From: Gnetum montanum
Lineage: Eukaryota; Plantae; Gnetophyta
NCBI GenBank assembly: GCA_015680685.1
Contig: MNCI01000996.1
Coordinates: 343,834-407,833, forward strand
Reading direction: 5' to 3'
Length of the DNA: 64,000 bases
The translations under genes and the position numbers were made by a program. This document shows, one piece after another, positions 61,490 through 64,000 of this stretch. Numbering within the stretch: the first letter of the stretch is position 1; every line of letters starts with the position of its first letter. The notes below the pieces were generated by a model. The model made no database searches, was not told the origin of the DNA, and saw only the letters and a program-made list of their open reading frames with translations.

Positions 61490-63839
61490 AAGTCATATAA
61501 GAAGAAGGATTATCAGCAATATAATCTTAAACATTATCATCATCATTGCATAAGTCCTATAAACAACAAAACATACAAACCAATAATAACCATGATAAAA
61601 AAAACCTACCCATGAACCAACAATAATAGAAAAAAAAACTATAACATAAAAACTTAAAACATATTTTCACAAACCTCTAGAGAATCAAAACCTATGTCTT
61701 CAGGTGCAAATCTTTGAATACTTGCTTCCAACCTATGAAGAATTTGTTCTTCACTCATGTTTTCCCAAATCAATATCTCCTAGATCCACCCATGCCAAGA
61801 TTCTTTCCCTTCCTATGTCTATCTAGTTAGGTGGAGTATAGGATAAATCATTAATTTTAATTTTCCCAAATTTAGTAGAAATCTAAGGAGACTTAACAAC
61901 AACTATGGACCTCACAAACATGTTGAAAGTATCCTCTACATCTATCCCTTAAAACAATAAGTTATATTTATGCTATGTCATGGCTACCTTATGCCATGAA
62001 TTCATGTAGTTTTCCTTCTTCATATTGTATAGCCATTTGTGATTCATTTTTCTTGCCCCATTCTAACACCCATGTACATTAATCATGCCATTCCTTGGAC
62101 TTTCAAGCCAAGAGCTCCATTTGGATGTCTTTTTCTACATTGCTCCTAGCTAGAACAACCATGCCATAGATAGCACTCCAATAGTAGGACCACACATTCC
62201 TCTATGTATTTCTTGTCATCTTCGAGGCTTTTGACTTTATTGGATAGTTAATTTTTTTCCCTCAATGCTACGACCTCCTCTCACAAGAACTCATTCAATA
62301 GTTGGGCCTCCAAAATGTTTTGTATAAGATGTGGCATATCTGTGGTCCCTTCATGCAACCTGCATGGAACATTCTCAACATTGAAGGGTCATGTAGGGAA
62401 CTCATCAAATTCAAAGTCTTGTGAGGGATTCCATTTTACTTTGGAAACTTCCACAATACCAAAACATTAAAACATTAAAACATTAAAAACATAAAAATAC
62501 ATAAAAAATTATAGTCATAAAAATATAAAGAACAAAAGTCTAAGCAAATAAAAATAAAAAAATAAAAAATAGAAAAAATTTAACATTTTTCTTACTAACA
62601 TCAAGAGCTATCTATTGCAATTTTCCTACCATGTCATCCATCATTTCCTTCATGAAGTCTTGCTTATCTAGGGTAGCATACTAGGAAGATCATGAGGCGA
62701 GTCCATCAAAGGGTGAGATCCTAGAGGAGAATCTTCTAATATAGAATCCACAATATCTATACCCTTCATGAGTATCCTCTCCTCAACTTCCTTACATCAT
62801 TTCTCCTCCTCAATAATAATCTTAGTGATCAACTCCTATTTTTTCTAATAGTAAACCAAAATCAATAAAACATCAAATAAATTAACAAACATTTAATAAT
62901 AAAAATATAACTAAAAAAATATAATTCAAAATATCATTAAAAATTTACAAAAACTAAAAAACTAAAAATATATAAATAAAATATTTAGATACCTCCAACA
63001 TCCTAATTGACCATGCTGAGCTTGATTATCATCTTCTTAGATTCTTAGTTTCCAGGAATTCGAATATTATCTTAACCACATGGCCTCTTTATTTTCTCTC
63101 TAGTAGTACAATCTACTTTTGTGTATAACCTTTTGGATTTCTTTGCATTGTAATGTGTAGCATGGGGCTCAATCCTCGTGCTATCAAGGGAAAAACCACA
63201 TAATCCACTAAGATGCTTCTTGGTAACAAACAATGATTCTCCTATCTCCTCCACTAGTGGATTTCGGTGATGAATCACCTGAGTAATATGTTTATCCCAA
63301 GGCTTGAAGAGTTAAAAATCATCATGTGAAACCTACTTTCCATCTCTCTTAATCACCAAGAACTATGAAAACCTTCTAAGATAAGCACAAAAGAATGTAA
63401 AATGCACATGATGAATATTATCAAGGTTATTACGAAGCTTGAAGATTTTAGTCTTTAGAATAATGACTAGGAAAGTCACCTAATTGAAACTAGTGTTATT
63501 ATTTAACATCATTTTCATCATCCAAGCCTGCTGAACCCCTATGGATTTCCTCTGTAATAGTAACATGGGAAAGGCCCTAGCACAAAATAAGAGGTATGTC
63601 TCATTGGATTCCTTAACTTCACACTTGTTAAAAGTCAATGTTTCACCAAGAGGAGAGTTAAGCCAAACCCACATTTCCTCTCTCTAACCTACATCTTTCC
63701 CTACTCTAATAACAACCTTAACACCACTAGAAGGTATGCCAAAGAGATCATTGAACATGGACTCATTAACACTCAACATAATAGGATAACCATGAATACT
63801 ATTGATGAATTTGGTGATCCCCTTATCAAAATAGCTAAT
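61490..63839 (-). pseudogene. Antisense accessory gene copy in E4 (3' exons up to the PMD-like exon)
   Basis: SYFDKGITKFINSIHGYPIMLSVNESMFNDLFGIPSSGVKV; donors near 62992 (GTATCT) and 62595 (GTAAGA). Confidence 0.7.
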
Positions 63840-64000
63840 TGATGAGACGCGTTCTGCACAAGCCGCAATATCGCGACTGCCGCGATATCGCGTACGCGAT
63901 ATCGCGTCTTCTCCTGCGATATCGCATACGCGATATCGCGTCCCGCCGCCATATATATAAATAAGAGGCAGCACTCCCGTTATTTCCCAATCCTGGCTAG
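63840..64000 (+). mobile_element. Start of another Athila-like family LTR (truncated by the window edge)
   Basis: TGATGAGACGCG, five GCGATATCGC-type palindromes, TATAAATAAGAGG; expected TSD CTAAT. Confidence 0.9.

Larger units (their letters stand above)
53845..64000 (+). mobile_element. E4: Tat-type element inserted in H; extends beyond the window
   Basis: Candidate LTR 53845-54896 (TGTAAT...ATTGCA), PBS-like TAGAGATAGAAGGAGGAC at 54902-54919, UTR repeats, gag-pro, antisense gene. The left boundary is inferred and no TSD can be checked. Confidence 0.7.

Overview
This window is a land-plant repeat nest made entirely of decayed, nested Ty3/gypsy LTR retrotransposons; no intact host gene was found. 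CpG and CHG are visibly depleted and many stops are CAG>TAG or CGA>TGA. Terminal TG..CA dinucleotides, 5-bp target-site duplications (TSDs) and empty-site paralogues let me reconstruct the nest. The oldest element, H (4273-8416 plus 51709-53844), was hit by E0 (1-4272, minus), a solo LTR (6994-7966), E1 (8417-51708, TSD ATACT) and E4 (53845 to beyond the window). E1 contains E3 (12441-15813, TSD TAAAG) and E2 (30208-49156, minus). E2 contains an Athila-like element (41364-48857, minus). E4 contains a solo LTR nested in a solo LTR (57231-58795) and one more LTR at the window edge. The main result is E1. With its inserts removed it is a ~21-kb Tat/Ogre-type element (tRNA-Asn PBS, RT-RH-aRH-INT order). 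Its gag-protease and pol are separated by ~9.6 kb. That interval holds an antisense, ~8-exon gene encoding an FCP1/NIF-like HAD pseudophosphatase domain, a PMD-like domain and a charged C-terminus. It also holds 14 copies of a 23-bp palindrome spaced about 191 bp apart. The antisense gene follows gag(-pro) with conserved splice sites in all four related copies (H, E1, E2, E4), so it belongs to the element family. All calls were made by eye; domain identities need HMM or structure confirmation.
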